Below the pieces are notes generated by a model, which had not been told where the DNA came from, did not search any database, and saw nothing but the letters and a program-made list of their open reading frames with translations. Made by a program: the position numbers and the translations under genes. A DNA stretch of 63,330 nt, counting the filler, from Methanobacteriota archaeon (GTDB lineage: Archaea; JACRDV01): assembly GCA_024860865.1 (NCBI GenBank). It is 5 parts of 5 records of this genome, joined end to end, with 100 filler letters (N's around TTAATTAATTAA, not from the genome) between each part and the next. Parts side by side here need not be neighbours in the genome. Positions count along the whole stretch, not along the records: positions 28,665 to 31,976 come from JACRDV010000010.1; positions 32,077 to 47,078 come from JACRDV010000042.1; 3 more parts are not named here. One strand, given 5' to 3'. Positions 29,689-40,412 of the stretch are shown one piece after another (within the stretch, counting starts at the first letter, position 1; every line of letters starts with the position of its first letter).

Positions 29689-31392
29689 CTAGCGATGGGC
29701 ATAAAAAGCGACAATTTTGCCATTTTTTTGGTCGACTCTCACAAATGCAAAGCGCTCGAATTGAACTATTTGTCCTACTTCTAGCTTAGTGCAATCTGGC
29801 TCGCCAAATCCAATTTTTCTTGTACAATCTGGCATTATTACATCTATTTCTAGGTCTTTTTTTGGTATCCAATGGATGATTGGTGCGCCCTTTTCGTAAG
29901 CAATCTCAAAAGGCTCGCTGTGGAATTTAGCTTTGACCTCTCCATTAATAGAGATAACCTCAAAATTGCAAAAGTCTTTTAAACGAGCAAAAGTACCTAC
30001 ATTAAAAGTTTGTGCATCAGCTTTTGTAATATAAACTTCTACTTGTCTATTGATCGCCTTTACTTCAATTGTTCTATAGCCGCGCTCAGTATGGTCAGGA
30101 TGTATTGGAATTTTAGAAGTAAACTTTGGCTTTGGAAAATTTTGAATAACAAGTTTAATTGGATTCCAAACAAAAAAGTAGCGATTTGCTTTGTCATCAA
30201 TTAAATCTTTGTTGTGAGCATATAAACTATCCCAGCTAAAGAGAACTTCAACTGGTTTTGGACCTACTTCAATCATTGCTCTTCTAACTGCCTCAGGTTG
30301 AATTCCTCTCCTCCTCAAAGCCCTTAAAGTTCCTAGCCGCGGATCATCCCATCCAATGAAAATTCCTTTTTTAATTCCCTCTTTAATCCTTGATGTTTTC
30401 AATACAGCTTCTTCCGTAAACAAAGTTCCATAGTGAATATATTCAGGTCTTTTCCAGCCAAAATACTCGAAAACAAACCTTTGGCGTTCAGTATTGACTA
30501 TATGATCCTTTCCTCGAAGGACATGCGTTAAATCCATTAAATGGTCATCAATTGCAACTGCGAAGTTCATCATGGGCCAAACTCTGTATTTCTTCCCAAC
30601 TCTAGGGTGAGGATCTTCAACTATTCTTAGAGCAGGCCAGTCTCTTACTGCAGGATTTGGATGCTTCATATCAGTTTTAATCCTAACAGTAGCTTCCTCT
30701 TGTTTGTAAGTCCCATTAAGCATTCTCTCGAATTTTCGTATAGAGTTGCCAGCTGTTCTGCAATCACAAGCTTGGCTTAAAATGCGAAGCTCTTTTACTT
30801 TATCTGGAGAGCAGGTGCAAACATAGGCAGCATCCATTTCAATCATTTTTCTAGCATATTCATAATAAATTTCTAAACGATCAGATTGGATGTATTCTTC
30901 GTGCCATTTTGTATTAAGCCATTCTAAGTCTTCTCTAACTGCATCGTATCCATCAGGATCAACTCTTCGTGGATCAGTATCTTCAAAGCGCAAAATTAAT
31001 TTACCTTTATAAGTTTTTGCATATTCATCGTTTAAAACAGCTGCTCTAGCATGCCCAACATGAAGCGGACCTGACGGATTTGGTGCAAAACGCATGATTA
31101 CTTTCTCTGTATAACCAAGAAGAGGAGGTAACTTTAGCTCTTTTTTTACCTTTACTTTTAGAGCTTCAAGCATTTCTGGAGCAATTTCATTTAACTTTTT
31201 TTTCTGGTCCTCTAAAGATAACCGGTTTACTTCCTGAATGGTCTCATTTACAACAGGCATTATTTCTTTGATTTGACCCTTTAACTCAGGTTTTTCAAAA
31301 ATCAGTTTGCTTACAACTGCTTTAGCATCAGCTTTACCATCATGGAGAATAGCATTAACTAAAGCATGCTTAAAAGTAAGCTCCTTAACCAA
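29689..31392 (-). CDS. gltX: glutamyl-tRNA synthetase
   Basis: RFAPNPSGPLHVGH, RFEDTDP, HVLRGKDH, QFERF. Confidence 0.96.
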   Translation of the reverse strand: MVKELTFKHALVNAILHDGKADAKAVVSKLIFEKPELKGQIKEIMPVVNETIQEVNRLSLEDQKKKLNEIAPEMLEALKVKVKKELKLPPLLGYTEKVIMRFAPNPSGPLHVGHARAAVLNDEYAKTYKGKLILRFEDTDPRRVDPDGYDAVREDLEWLNTKWHEEYIQSDRLEIYYEYARKMIEMDAAYVCTCSPDKVKELRILSQACDCRTAGNSIRKFERMLNGTYKQEEATVRIKTDMKHPNPAVRDWPALRIVEDPHPRVGKKYRVWPMMNFAVAIDDHLMDLTHVLRGKDHIVNTERQRFVFEYFGWKRPEYIHYGTLFTEEAVLKTSRIKEGIKKGIFIGWDDPRLGTLRALRRRGIQPEAVRRAMIEVGPKPVEVLFSWDSLYAHNKDLIDDKANRYFFVWNPIKLVIQNFPKPKFTSKIPIHPDHTERGYRTIEVKAINRQVEVYITKADAQTFNVGTFARLKDFCNFEVISINGEVKAKFHSEPFEIAYEKGAPIIHWIPKKDLEIDVIMPDCTRKIGFGEPDCTKLEVGQIVQFERFAFVRVDQKNGKIVAFYAHR

Positions 31393-31432
31393 AATTTAAA
31401 CCTCAATTGTGAGCAACGAAGGAAGCATTGAT

Positions 31433-31975
31433 TTAAAACTCTCTTTTAGCCATAAATTCGGCAAAATCTGAAAGTATTTTGCATGTTTCAGCAGGTAAAT
31501 TACTAACAGCTCCTTTTGCTTGAGCGAGTAAAAAATCGATCTTTCTTTGAGCATAATCGAAAGCATCGTACTTTTTAAACAATTCGATACCCCAACTTAT
31601 ATCTGCTTTTGTAGTTTCTTCGTGACCTTTTCTCAAGATTTCTAAAAGTTTATTTTTTTCTTCTTTCGTGCATTTTGAAAGAACATAAACTACGAATATA
31701 CTTTTTTTTCCTTCTCGGATATCGCAGCCAATTTCTTCTCGACCTTTTCCTTTTGTTAGATCGAGCATATCATCTCTAATTTGAAATAGCGGACCAACAA
31801 ACTTCCCGTATTCCACCAATGAGTGAATTATTTCATCTTGAACATTGGCAATGATTGCTCCGCCTATCATAGAAACAGCTAAATAATATCCTGTTTTCTT
31901 GGTTATAATTTCCATGTATTCCTCTTCAGTAATTTCATCTTTTTTGCGGGCATTAATATCCATTGTTTGTCCTTC
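31433..31975 (-). CDS. trans-polyprenyl (GGPP) synthase C-terminus (truncated)
   Basis: EGQTMD, KKT, FQIRDDMLD, DIREGKK. Confidence 0.88.
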   Translation of the reverse strand, partial: EGQTMDINARKKDEITEEEYMEIITKKTGYYLAVSMIGGAIIANVQDEIIHSLVEYGKFVGPLFQIRDDMLDLTKGKGREEIGCDIREGKKSIFVVYVLSKCTKEEKNKLLEILRKGHEETTKADISWGIELFKKYDAFDYAQRKIDFLLAQAKGAVSNLPAETCKILSDFAEFMAKREF

Positions 31976-31976
31976 A

Positions 31977-32076
31977 NNNNNNNNNNNNNNNNNNNNNNNN
32001 NNNNNNNNNNNNNNNNNNNNTTAATTAATTAANNNNNNNNNNNNNNNNNNNNNNNNNNNNNNNNNNNNNNNNNNNN
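31977..32076. other. artificial contig linker
   Basis: N run + TTAATTAATTAA + N run. Confidence 0.98.
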
Positions 32077-32077
32077 A

Positions 32078-32338
32078 AATCTACTAGTAACAATTCAATT
32101 AACTGTTGATCCCACAAAGTTCGAAGAAATAATCCCTAAGTTAATTGAATATCCTCAGTTGGTTCAGGTAACAGCAACATCAGGAGAATATAACCTGTTG
32201 GTCAATGGAGTCTTCGATAATCAAGCTCAGTTGGTAGAATTTCTTAGCAGTCAACTTTTTAAAATGAATGGAGTATTAAAAACAAATATAATTACTTGGC
32301 TTAAAGAGTATAAAAACAGCTGGAAAATTAGCCTCTAA
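32078..32338 (+). CDS. Lrp/AsnC regulator C-terminal (RAM) domain, truncated
   Basis: read manually: ..YPQLVQVTATSGEYNLLV...LVEFLSSQLFKMNGVLKTNIIT.LKEYK. Confidence 0.75.
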   Translation, partial: NLLVTIQLTVDPTKFEEIIPKLIEYPQLVQVTATSGEYNLLVNGVFDNQAQLVEFLSSQLFKMNGVLKTNIITWLKEYKNSWKISL

Positions 32339-32362
32339 CTTTTTTGATTTTAGTTTTTAGCC

Positions 32363-34738
32363 TCAGCCATATCTCAAAGCCTCAACAGGTTTTAATCTGG
32401 CTGCTTTCCAAGCCGGATGGATGCCGAAAATCAAAGTTAATAAAACAGCAAAAAAGAACGAGCCCAATATTAGTTTCCAAGTTATTATAACATTCAATGT
32501 TGCACTTATTTCTTTGCTCAAAAAAGCATTAAGTTCTTCTGCACCAACAATTCCAAGAATTATTCCAACAACACCACTGAGAATACCAAGCAATAAACAT
32601 TCCTGTAAGAAAATTTTCATAACCTGCCAATTTTTTGCTCCAACCGCTTTTAATATTCCAATTTCTCGAGTGCGCTCACTAACAGACATAGTCATTGTAT
32701 TTTCGATGCTTAACCCAGCTATAACAATAGCCAAGGCCGCTATGCCAATAAAAAAGGCCCAAAAAGTTTGAACAGCCATTGCAGCAGTTTGAAGGATTTG
32801 ACCAACTGTAACAATATCAGCTTTTTTGCCTAAAACTAATTTTACTTTTTCAACAGTTACATTGATTTTTGTCAGGTCCTCCACTTTAACAAAAATAGCA
32901 GTAGCTTTACTTTCTTTATCAAAAATTTTTTGTGCTGTAGTTAAAGGAATCCAAACAGTTCCCTTGAGTTCGCTACCCGGCGGCGCAAACATGGCTTCAG
33001 TACTTATTCCTACCACAACAAATTCTTTAGTACCAGCAGGCGTATCAATTTTAACTTTATCGCCAATATCAGCATTAAGAGTCCTTTCAGCTAGAGCCTT
33101 CGATAATACAATTGCATATTCATCTGTTTTCTCTAAAAATCGCCCTTTTAGAATGTCAACTTTTCCTCCAACTGCTCGGAATGTATCCGGTTCAACACCA
33201 GAGAGAAGGACTAGTGCATTGCTTAAAAAGATTGGGCGCCTAAAAACGGGCGAAACATTTTCAATGTTTGGCATTTTCCTAATTGCTTCTGAAATTGAAA
33301 TCGGAATTTCACCTGTAAATCCGCCTTCTATAACAATAAAATCTGCTCCAATCATCCCTTTGATTTGGCCTGTTATGTAGGTTTGCAAGCCTTGTCCTGC
33401 TGCCCAAAGAGCAACAACTGTGCCAATACTAATAGCAATTCCCAATGTTGTTAATGCAGTTCTTAATTTTCTTCTTGACAAATTTCTAGAAGCGATTGGA
33501 GCAATTTTAGCAATAAGTAGCTTGGAAGGATAGATTAACTTCAAAAGAACGTGATAAAACAATTCAAAAATTTTACTTTTAAATGGGATTTCATAGCTAG
33601 GTCTAATAATTTCAAGCGGTCTTACTCTTGATGCCCTCCACGCTGGATATAACCCAAAGGTTAGTGCTAAAGCTAAACCAATCCCTACAGAATAACCTAT
33701 GACTCTGAGTGGAATCGAAATTGGGATCATAAAGTCAAGTAACCTAGGAACAATAAATTGCACAACTTGCAAAAAGAAAGCCGCCAAAAACAGACCAGCT
33801 AAACTCCCTAAAACACCAATTATAATCGTTTCTATTAAAAACATCCTCAAAATTTGAAAATTTGACCCACCAATTGCTTTCATTATTGCAATTTCGTGCA
33901 ATCGCTGAGTTACCGACATAATCATTGTGTTGATAATTAAAAAGCCCGCAACTATAATCGAAATACTTGCAATTATAATAACAAAATACTCTAGAGCCGT
34001 TATTATGCTGGTAGCTGAAGCAATTGTTTCTTTAGCAGTGTGGATTGTAACCTTATTGCCCAAAGCACGCTGCAAATGGCTAATAACTTGATCGATTTTT
34101 TCTGGATCTCTAAGTCGCACTAAAATTATTGAAATTTTATCTTTTTTACCTGACAACTCTTGTGCAGTGCTCAATAAAATATAGCCTGAGTGCCCAACGT
34201 TGTTCATATCGTCACAAATACCGATAACTGAAAATTCTTTCTCACCAGCTGGCGTTGAAAGTCGAACTTTATCTCCAACATCTACGTTCATGTGTATTTT
34301 GCCTGCATAGTGACTAGCCAAAACGATACCAAATGCATCACCAGGGGATAAATCACGGCCCTTTACTATCTTAAGCAATCCAAGCTTGCGGTTCTCTCTA
34401 GGTTCAACTCCATATACTGCGAGAGCATATCCGCGAGCTCTTGCCTCTGGTATAATCCAAAATAATTGCGGTTCAACGCTTTCAATCTCTGGTAATTTTT
34501 TAATAGTATCCATTAGGGCTATTGGAAATTCCGAAAGCGAGCTGCTCGTTATGTAAAAATCAGCATTAATTGTTTCTTTAACATATTTTGTAACCTCAAC
34601 TTGCATGCTCTCTCCTATTGAAATCAAACTAACTATGGCGGCAATGCCGATAGCAATTCCAGATACAGTAAGAGCAGTCCAAAGCTTTCTGCGACTGATA
34701 TTACGGATAGCTAGCGAAAAATAGACCAAACTTTGCAC
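32363..34738 (-). CDS. MacB/FtsX-type ABC permease, internally duplicated
   Basis: two repeats of RN..RRKL.TALT..GIAI and NTM.MSV..R..EI...KA.G. Confidence 0.9.
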   Translation of the reverse strand: MQSLVYFSLAIRNISRRKLWTALTVSGIAIGIAAIVSLISIGESMQVEVTKYVKETINADFYITSSSLSEFPIALMDTIKKLPEIESVEPQLFWIIPEARARGYALAVYGVEPRENRKLGLLKIVKGRDLSPGDAFGIVLASHYAGKIHMNVDVGDKVRLSTPAGEKEFSVIGICDDMNNVGHSGYILLSTAQELSGKKDKISIILVRLRDPEKIDQVISHLQRALGNKVTIHTAKETIASATSIITALEYFVIIIASISIIVAGFLIINTMIMSVTQRLHEIAIMKAIGGSNFQILRMFLIETIIIGVLGSLAGLFLAAFFLQVVQFIVPRLLDFMIPISIPLRVIGYSVGIGLALALTFGLYPAWRASRVRPLEIIRPSYEIPFKSKIFELFYHVLLKLIYPSKLLIAKIAPIASRNLSRRKLRTALTTLGIAISIGTVVALWAAGQGLQTYITGQIKGMIGADFIVIEGGFTGEIPISISEAIRKMPNIENVSPVFRRPIFLSNALVLLSGVEPDTFRAVGGKVDILKGRFLEKTDEYAIVLSKALAERTLNADIGDKVKIDTPAGTKEFVVVGISTEAMFAPPGSELKGTVWIPLTTAQKIFDKESKATAIFVKVEDLTKINVTVEKVKLVLGKKADIVTVGQILQTAAMAVQTFWAFFIGIAALAIVIAGLSIENTMTMSVSERTREIGILKAVGAKNWQVMKIFLQECLLLGILSGVVGIILGIVGAEELNAFLSKEISATLNVIITWKLILGSFFFAVLLTLIFGIHPAWKAARLKPVEALRYG

Positions 34739-34883
34739 CAGAAAATTGCAATTTACTCTACCAATATTACATTATATCACAAGCTCATAAATAACTTAGT
34801 CTCTTTTAGATAATTTTGCCAAATATCAAGGTTAGAACAAAGTTAATTAATTTTCACACTAGAAAATCAGTTAAAGCTTAACA

Positions 34884-36395
34884 CTACCGAAAGGGCGCAC
34901 CAGCATTATCGAGATTAATTTCACCCAACAATAATTTTTGAAGAACATTAGCTAACTCAGAAATTTTTACCCTGACTTGTCGAGTACTATCACGATCACG
35001 CACTGTTACCGTTTGATCTTTAATTGTGTCATAGTCAGCAGTAATTGAGTAAGGCGTTCCTATCTCATCAGCTCTTGCATATCTTCGACCTATTGAGCCA
35101 GACTCATCATAATTAGTTATAAATCCAGCAATGCGGAGTATGCGATCAACTTCTTGAGCTTTCTCCGGCAAACCATTTTTACTCACTAATGGAAAAACTC
35201 CAACTCGAACAGGGGCAATCGACTTTGGAAAAGCTAAATAGGTCCGTTTAGAATCCTCTCTATAAGCTTGCTCAAGCGTACAGTAAACAATTCGGTCAAT
35301 ACCATATGAAGGTTCAATTACATGAGGAATAACATTTTCACCGCCAACTTTAACTGAAAAATCAGTTTTGCTCAGCTTCGCATGCGCTTTAACATCATAA
35401 TCAGTGCGATCTGCAATACCAGTGACTTCAATCCAACCAAAGCGGTCTGTTTTAACTTCGACATCCCAGCAATCTATTGCGTAATGGGCAAGTTCATTTG
35501 GCATGTGTTGGCGGGCCCTAATTGCATCATTTGGGATTCCTAAGCTTTCAAGAAACTGTTTGGTACGAACAATATAGTAAGCAAGTTGTTCATGCAACAC
35601 ATAACCATTTTTTACAGCTTCCCTTGCAGTTATTTCAAGCATCTTTCCATTTTTAAACTGTTCATTTTTTGGATACCACGCTAACTTTTCATTTGCCACT
35701 TCAGCAAACCTCGGGTGCGATTTATCCTTTGGATTGACAAAAATTTCTGCCTCAGCAATAGTAAACTCCCTCAAGCGCAAAATTCCTTGTCTTGGTGAAA
35801 TTTCATTTCTATAAACTCTGCCAATTTGTATTACGCCAAATGGAAATTGCTCTCTATAAAAGCGGAGCATCCTATTAAAAAGAATAAAAATTCCCTGGGC
35901 AGTTTCAGGGCGCATAAATCCAATCCGTTTTGAACCGGGGCCAATTGTTGTCTTAAACATTAAGTTGTAGTATTCAGCATCTTTTAAATTTCCACCGCAA
36001 TCTGGACATCGGAGTTTGTTTTCTCGAATTATTTTTGTAAGCTCTTCAATTTTTTTACCGCCAACAGCAATTCCAAGAGTGCCAGCTATTAGATGATCGG
36101 CTCTAAATCCTTCACCACACTTTTCACATTGAGTTATTGGGTCAACAAAATGCGCAGTATGTCCAGAAGCGATGAATACTGGTTCAGGGGTTAGCGTCGT
36201 AGTTTCAACTTCGTAAAATCCTTCTTGAATTAAGTATAGCTCTCTCCATTTTTGCTCGATATTGTGTTTTAATATACTTCCCAGCGGTCCAAAATCAAAA
36301 AGGCCTGCTACGCTTCCGTATATTTCTGCAGAAGGCCAGAGAAAACCCCTTCTGCGGGCAATCTCCATGATCTTTTCATATTTGTCCTTTTTCAT
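34884..36395 (-). CDS. glyS: glycyl-tRNA synthetase (alpha2 type)
   Basis: RPETAQG, RNEISPRQG..RLREF, EPSYGIDR, GRRYARADEIG. Confidence 0.96.
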   Translation of the reverse strand: MKKDKYEKIMEIARRRGFLWPSAEIYGSVAGLFDFGPLGSILKHNIEQKWRELYLIQEGFYEVETTTLTPEPVFIASGHTAHFVDPITQCEKCGEGFRADHLIAGTLGIAVGGKKIEELTKIIRENKLRCPDCGGNLKDAEYYNLMFKTTIGPGSKRIGFMRPETAQGIFILFNRMLRFYREQFPFGVIQIGRVYRNEISPRQGILRLREFTIAEAEIFVNPKDKSHPRFAEVANEKLAWYPKNEQFKNGKMLEITAREAVKNGYVLHEQLAYYIVRTKQFLESLGIPNDAIRARQHMPNELAHYAIDCWDVEVKTDRFGWIEVTGIADRTDYDVKAHAKLSKTDFSVKVGGENVIPHVIEPSYGIDRIVYCTLEQAYREDSKRTYLAFPKSIAPVRVGVFPLVSKNGLPEKAQEVDRILRIAGFITNYDESGSIGRRYARADEIGTPYSITADYDTIKDQTVTVRDRDSTRQVRVKISELANVLQKLLLGEINLDNAGAPFR

Positions 36396-36485
36396 TAACC
36401 TCACAAATTAGTAAGACCTGAATTTTTAATGGGGCAATCTCAAAACTAGAGGGGGCTTAGCATTCAATTATTTATCGCCAGGTGA

Positions 36486-37322
36486 TTATTTAACTAGCAC
36501 TTTGAGCAAGTCAATGTTACGAGCAATACCAATAACATTGCCCTCAGCATCAATTACTGGAATTTGTTCAATGCTTTTTCGTCGCATTTTTTTAGCACAT
36601 TCACTAACACTAGTCCTTCTGGTTCCGGTTACCAAATCAGTTACCATAATGTCCTCTACTTTTTTGTCGGGAAGTTTAAGGGTTTTTTTTGTGATATACA
36701 ACATCATTTTGCTTTCCCAAGCCCAGCGATCACCTTCTGTTCCTGAGGATAAGGAAGATACTTCTGTTTCCGAAACTACTTCGCTAATATCGATTAAATC
36801 AGATTCTGTTACTATTCCACAAAGCTTTCCCTCATAATCAAGGACCAATAGTGCCCTCGCCTTTGATAGTTGCATGATTTTTAGAGCAACTTGAAGTGGC
36901 GTATCCTGCCAAATCGATGTAACTTTATTATCAATAAATTTTTCAGCAGGTTCTTTTATATCCATTTCAGCAATGGCACGGTAAACAATATCGTTAACAG
37001 TAACAATCCCAGTCAATTGATTTTCTTCTATCACAGGCAATCTTCCAATGTCTTTTTCTAATAAGATTTTTGTCGCTTCTTCAACCGTTGCATGAGGTGG
37101 AATTGAGATTGGATTGCGTTTCATGATCAAAGCAGTTTGATCTTCTTCTGGATACTCAGCTAGATCACTTCGAGTTACTATACCAACTAATTCCTTCGTG
37201 CCTTTTTTTACAACCGGCACACCAGAGATTTTTTCTTTGTGAAATAGATCTAATATCTCTTTTCTGCTACCAGGTACTTCAGCACACGTAGGATTTGGTG
37301 TCATTATGTCTTTTACTAACAT
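36486..37322 (-). CDS. tandem CBS-domain protein
   Basis: four CBS repeats (VKDIMT, SGVPVV, GIVT..D). Confidence 0.9.
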   Translation of the reverse strand: MLVKDIMTPNPTCAEVPGSRKEILDLFHKEKISGVPVVKKGTKELVGIVTRSDLAEYPEEDQTALIMKRNPISIPPHATVEEATKILLEKDIGRLPVIEENQLTGIVTVNDIVYRAIAEMDIKEPAEKFIDNKVTSIWQDTPLQVALKIMQLSKARALLVLDYEGKLCGIVTESDLIDISEVVSETEVSSLSSGTEGDRWAWESKMMLYITKKTLKLPDKKVEDIMVTDLVTGTRRTSVSECAKKMRRKSIEQIPVIDAEGNVIGIARNIDLLKVLVK

Positions 37323-37414
37323 TACTTTCACCTTACCATACACTAGGTTTTGATGAGTTTATATTTAAAAACAGAAATGATTCTTAAATAAAACTTTGCA
37401 ATTAAACTTAATAT

Positions 37415-37855
37415 CTATGTCTTTCTGCGAACCACCATAACAGGACAGGGAGCTCCGCGAACAACTTTTTCTGCAACACTTCCCAATAAAAATCTATTAA
37501 AGCCTGTTTTTCCCGCCGTGCCCATTATTATGATATCGGCATCTTCATTTTTAGCAACTTCAACAATTTTATCAGCTGGAGATCCTTCCTCTATAGTGGT
37601 TGATGCTTCTATACCTTCTTTCTCTGTAATTTCTTTCGCTCGGGCTACAGCTCTCTTGCCCTCTTCTTGCAAAAGCTTTCGCATATTCTCCCAAACACCA
37701 CCAGCAGGAATGCCTGCAAATGCAGAAGTATCCACAACGTATAAAGTAGTTATTTTTGCACCAGTGGATTTTGCAATTGTAATAGCATGTGGAATAGCGA
37801 GCTCGCTATACTCCGAACCGTCGGTCGGAACCAAAATGTTTTTATAAACTTTCAC
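37415..37855 (-). CDS. universal stress protein
   Basis: ILVPTDGS, G.AG..G...FLLGSVAEKVVR.APCPV. Confidence 0.93.
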   Translation of the reverse strand: MKVYKNILVPTDGSEYSELAIPHAITIAKSTGAKITTLYVVDTSAFAGIPAGGVWENMRKLLQEEGKRAVARAKEITEKEGIEASTTIEEGSPADKIVEVAKNEDADIIIMGTAGKTGFNRFLLGSVAEKVVRGAPCPVMVVRRKT

Positions 37856-37865
37856 AAATTTCACC

Positions 37866-39083
37866 TCAACCGAATGCAATCTCACCATCAATCATAACAA
37901 ATTGAATGTTTTCTGGGCGAACTCTGTGTATAATAGTTGCTGCTGGATTTTTGACTGGATAAAGATTTTTGGATCGAATATTTATTGCTATAATGTCTGC
38001 ATTTTTATCTTTTTCTATAGTACCACCATACTTATCAATTTTCAATGCTTTAGCAGCATTTAAAGTCGTCATTTTGAGAATTTCAATTGGATCTAAAAAG
38101 TTAGGATCTCTAGTTAATGCACGTAACATTTTCGAAGTATATTCCATTTCTCGGAATAAATCTGGCGAATTTAACATAATGTTATCTGTTCCTAACGCAA
38201 CTGGAATTTTCCTCTCTATAAAAGCCTTAATAGGAGGAAATCCCAGCCCAAGCACGCTATTTGACCGAGGGCAACAAACTACTGGCACTTTTTCTCTCTC
38301 GAGCAAGTTTAAATCATTGCTATTTGGATGGGTACAATGAACAAGAAAAAATGGTTTAAGCGCAAGAGAGCGCTCAATTTCGGATTTTTTAGTGTTTTCA
38401 ATTGATTTTATTTGAGCTGATTTATCTTCAGCAGCATGCAATGCCACAATTTTATCCATCAAATGGCATCTTTCTGCGATTTGGATAATAGCTGGGTCCG
38501 TAAAGTTCGAAGGAGCGCTAAATCCAAATCCATCGCAAAGTTTTAATAAAGTATCAAGTTCAGCTAGCTCTTTAGAATTAAGTTTCATTTCATTTTTTAG
38601 CAGTTCGGAACCAGCAAAGTAAAATTCTAATCTTCATAGAATATATCTTTTAATCGGCAATCCAGTCAAAGCTGTTTTTAACTGATTTACTCCAACAATG
38701 CCCCCCTCCCTAAAATCAGCAAAACAAGTGATTCCGGATTCAAGCATATCTTCAGCTGTTAAGCGCATGTTCTCAATAAGATCGCTTTCTGAAGTAACTT
38801 GTAAAATTTTATGTTTTATGCTGAACGGAGGTTCAACAGCCTCCTTTAAAGATTTGCCAAGAGCAGCCTCCTTAGCAATTGAATCTCCAATGTGAGTGTG
38901 AGCATTAATTAAGCCGGGTAAAACAATTGCTTTTTTAGCATCTATTTTCCTCCCAACTGGAGCAGACCCTGAACCAATCTCTTGGATTTTTCCATTTTTG
39001 ATTTCGATAAAACCCTCGATAATATTAAACTCTGGTCCAGCAAATATCGTTGCGTTTTCAATTATTGTTCTCATATTTTGCAC
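37866..39083 (-). pseudogene. amidohydrolase/deaminase family gene interrupted by one in-frame TGA (38634-38636)
   Basis: ORFs 38634..39083 and 37866..38588 share a frame: NAHTHIGD..DFREGG..RYIL*RLEF..HAAE..VHCT..LGTDN. Confidence 0.8.
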
Positions 39084-39087
39084 TCAG

Positions 39088-39378
39088 TCAATTGAAAGGG
39101 CACTCACAAGGGCTCTTATTACATTTAGGACAATTATTTCCGTATTTTGAGACGGCTGCTTCTTCAAGGTCTATATCTAATAAATTACACAAGCTTAATA
39201 ACCAGGCTAATACATCGCTAGTCTCATTTTTTATAGCTTCTTTATCTTGGTCAAGCATAGCTTTACCTAACTCACCCACTTCCTGTGTGAACCAAATGTA
39301 AGTTTTTTCAATACCTCTTTTTGAATCTTTATAATAGTAAAGCCGTTTCATATGGTTCTGAAACTCTTGAATATGCAC
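39088..39378 (-). CDS. MazG-like nucleotide pyrophosphohydrolase
   Basis: EVGEL..A, E..DVLAWL.SL.N, KY...CPKC..PC.C. Confidence 0.88.
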   Translation of the reverse strand: MHIQEFQNHMKRLYYYKDSKRGIEKTYIWFTQEVGELGKAMLDQDKEAIKNETSDVLAWLLSLCNLLDIDLEEAAVSKYGNNCPKCNKSPCECPFN

Positions 39379-39605
39379 TATTTACCACCTCAAAATCTAA
39401 TATTAAATGAATTTGATTTTTATATCGATTTAATCTTCTAGCTAATCCTTGATGATTTTGTTTTGATTTATCATAAACTTCTATTGCGAGCACATAAAGC
39501 TATAAAGTCCTAAATATTGATGAACTGACATGTAGAGGCACTAAATCCCTGTTTTGTGGCTTACATCAAGCATAAATTTTAAGCCAACGATTTTGAAATA
39601 TAAAT

Positions 39606-39794
39606 GTGGTAGCTATGGTTTCCAAAAAGGAGAGAAAAACGCAACTTCCGACGTCATCAGCTGGATTAGTTAGATACATGGAAGAAGAGCGCACTAAAGT
39701 TTGGATGAAACCCCATATTGTGTTGGCTTTAGCTATAGCCATTATAGTAATAATGGTGTTAGTTCATTATTATGGTCCGCAACCCGCGACTTGA
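39606..39794 (+). CDS. secG: preprotein translocase Sec61beta subunit
   Basis: SSAGLVRYMEEE...KP plus TM helix. Confidence 0.88.
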   Translation: MVAMVSKKERKTQLPTSSAGLVRYMEEERTKVWMKPHIVLALAIAIIVIMVLVHYYGPQPAT

Positions 39795-39803
39795 GGCTGT
39801 TTT

Positions 39804-40412
39804 TTGGGGAACAGATCACCGCCAGCCATTATTTTTGTTGGGCGGTCTAATGTTGGCAAATCTAGTTTAATTAGGTTGTTAACAGGAAAGAAAGTTCGAA
39901 TTGGGCGCAGACCCGGCACAACTTTAAAACCCTCTGTTTATGAGCTAGAGGATTTATCCTTAATTGACATGCCAGGCTTTGGCTTTATGGAAGGTATATC
40001 AAAAGAAAGGCAAGAGAAAATCAAAACAACAATTGTCCAGTACATTGAGAAAAACAGAAAAAATTTTTTGTTTGCTGTTGAGGTTTTAGATGCAAAAGCG
40101 TTTCCAGAAATTGTTGAGAGATGGTACAAACGGGGAGAAATACCAATTGACATTGAGATGTTTGATTTTTTAAGAGAACTAGGACTTAATCCAATTGTGG
40201 TGGCAAATAAAGTTGACAAGATCGGAGATAGAGACCAGCAATTGAATAAAATATGTGAGCTTCTTGGGCTAGCATTACCTTGGCGGCAATGGCTTGATAC
40301 AATAGTTCCTTTGTCCGCTAAAACTGGTGAAGGTTACCAACACTTAAGAACAGTAATCAGATTACGTTTAAAAGAGTTAAATAAAGAAAAGCTAATAAAA
40401 AATTTTCGATAG
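39804..40412 (+). CDS. engB: GTP-binding protein EngB
   Basis: GRSNVGKS, DMPGFG, NKVD, SAK. Confidence 0.92.
   Translation: MGNRSPPAIIFVGRSNVGKSSLIRLLTGKKVRIGRRPGTTLKPSVYELEDLSLIDMPGFGFMEGISKERQEKIKTTIVQYIEKNRKNFLFAVEVLDAKAFPEIVERWYKRGEIPIDIEMFDFLRELGLNPIVVANKVDKIGDRDQQLNKICELLGLALPWRQWLDTIVPLSAKTGEGYQHLRTVIRLRLKELNKEKLIKNFR

Noticed and set aside
36413-36484. ACCTG/CAGGT-closed stem upstream of glyS
   Set aside because: Only a short stem, with no recognisable riboswitch or sRNA motif.
39440-39580. TGATGA motifs suggesting a C/D-box sRNA
   Set aside because: No properly spaced CTGA box D and only weak pairing.
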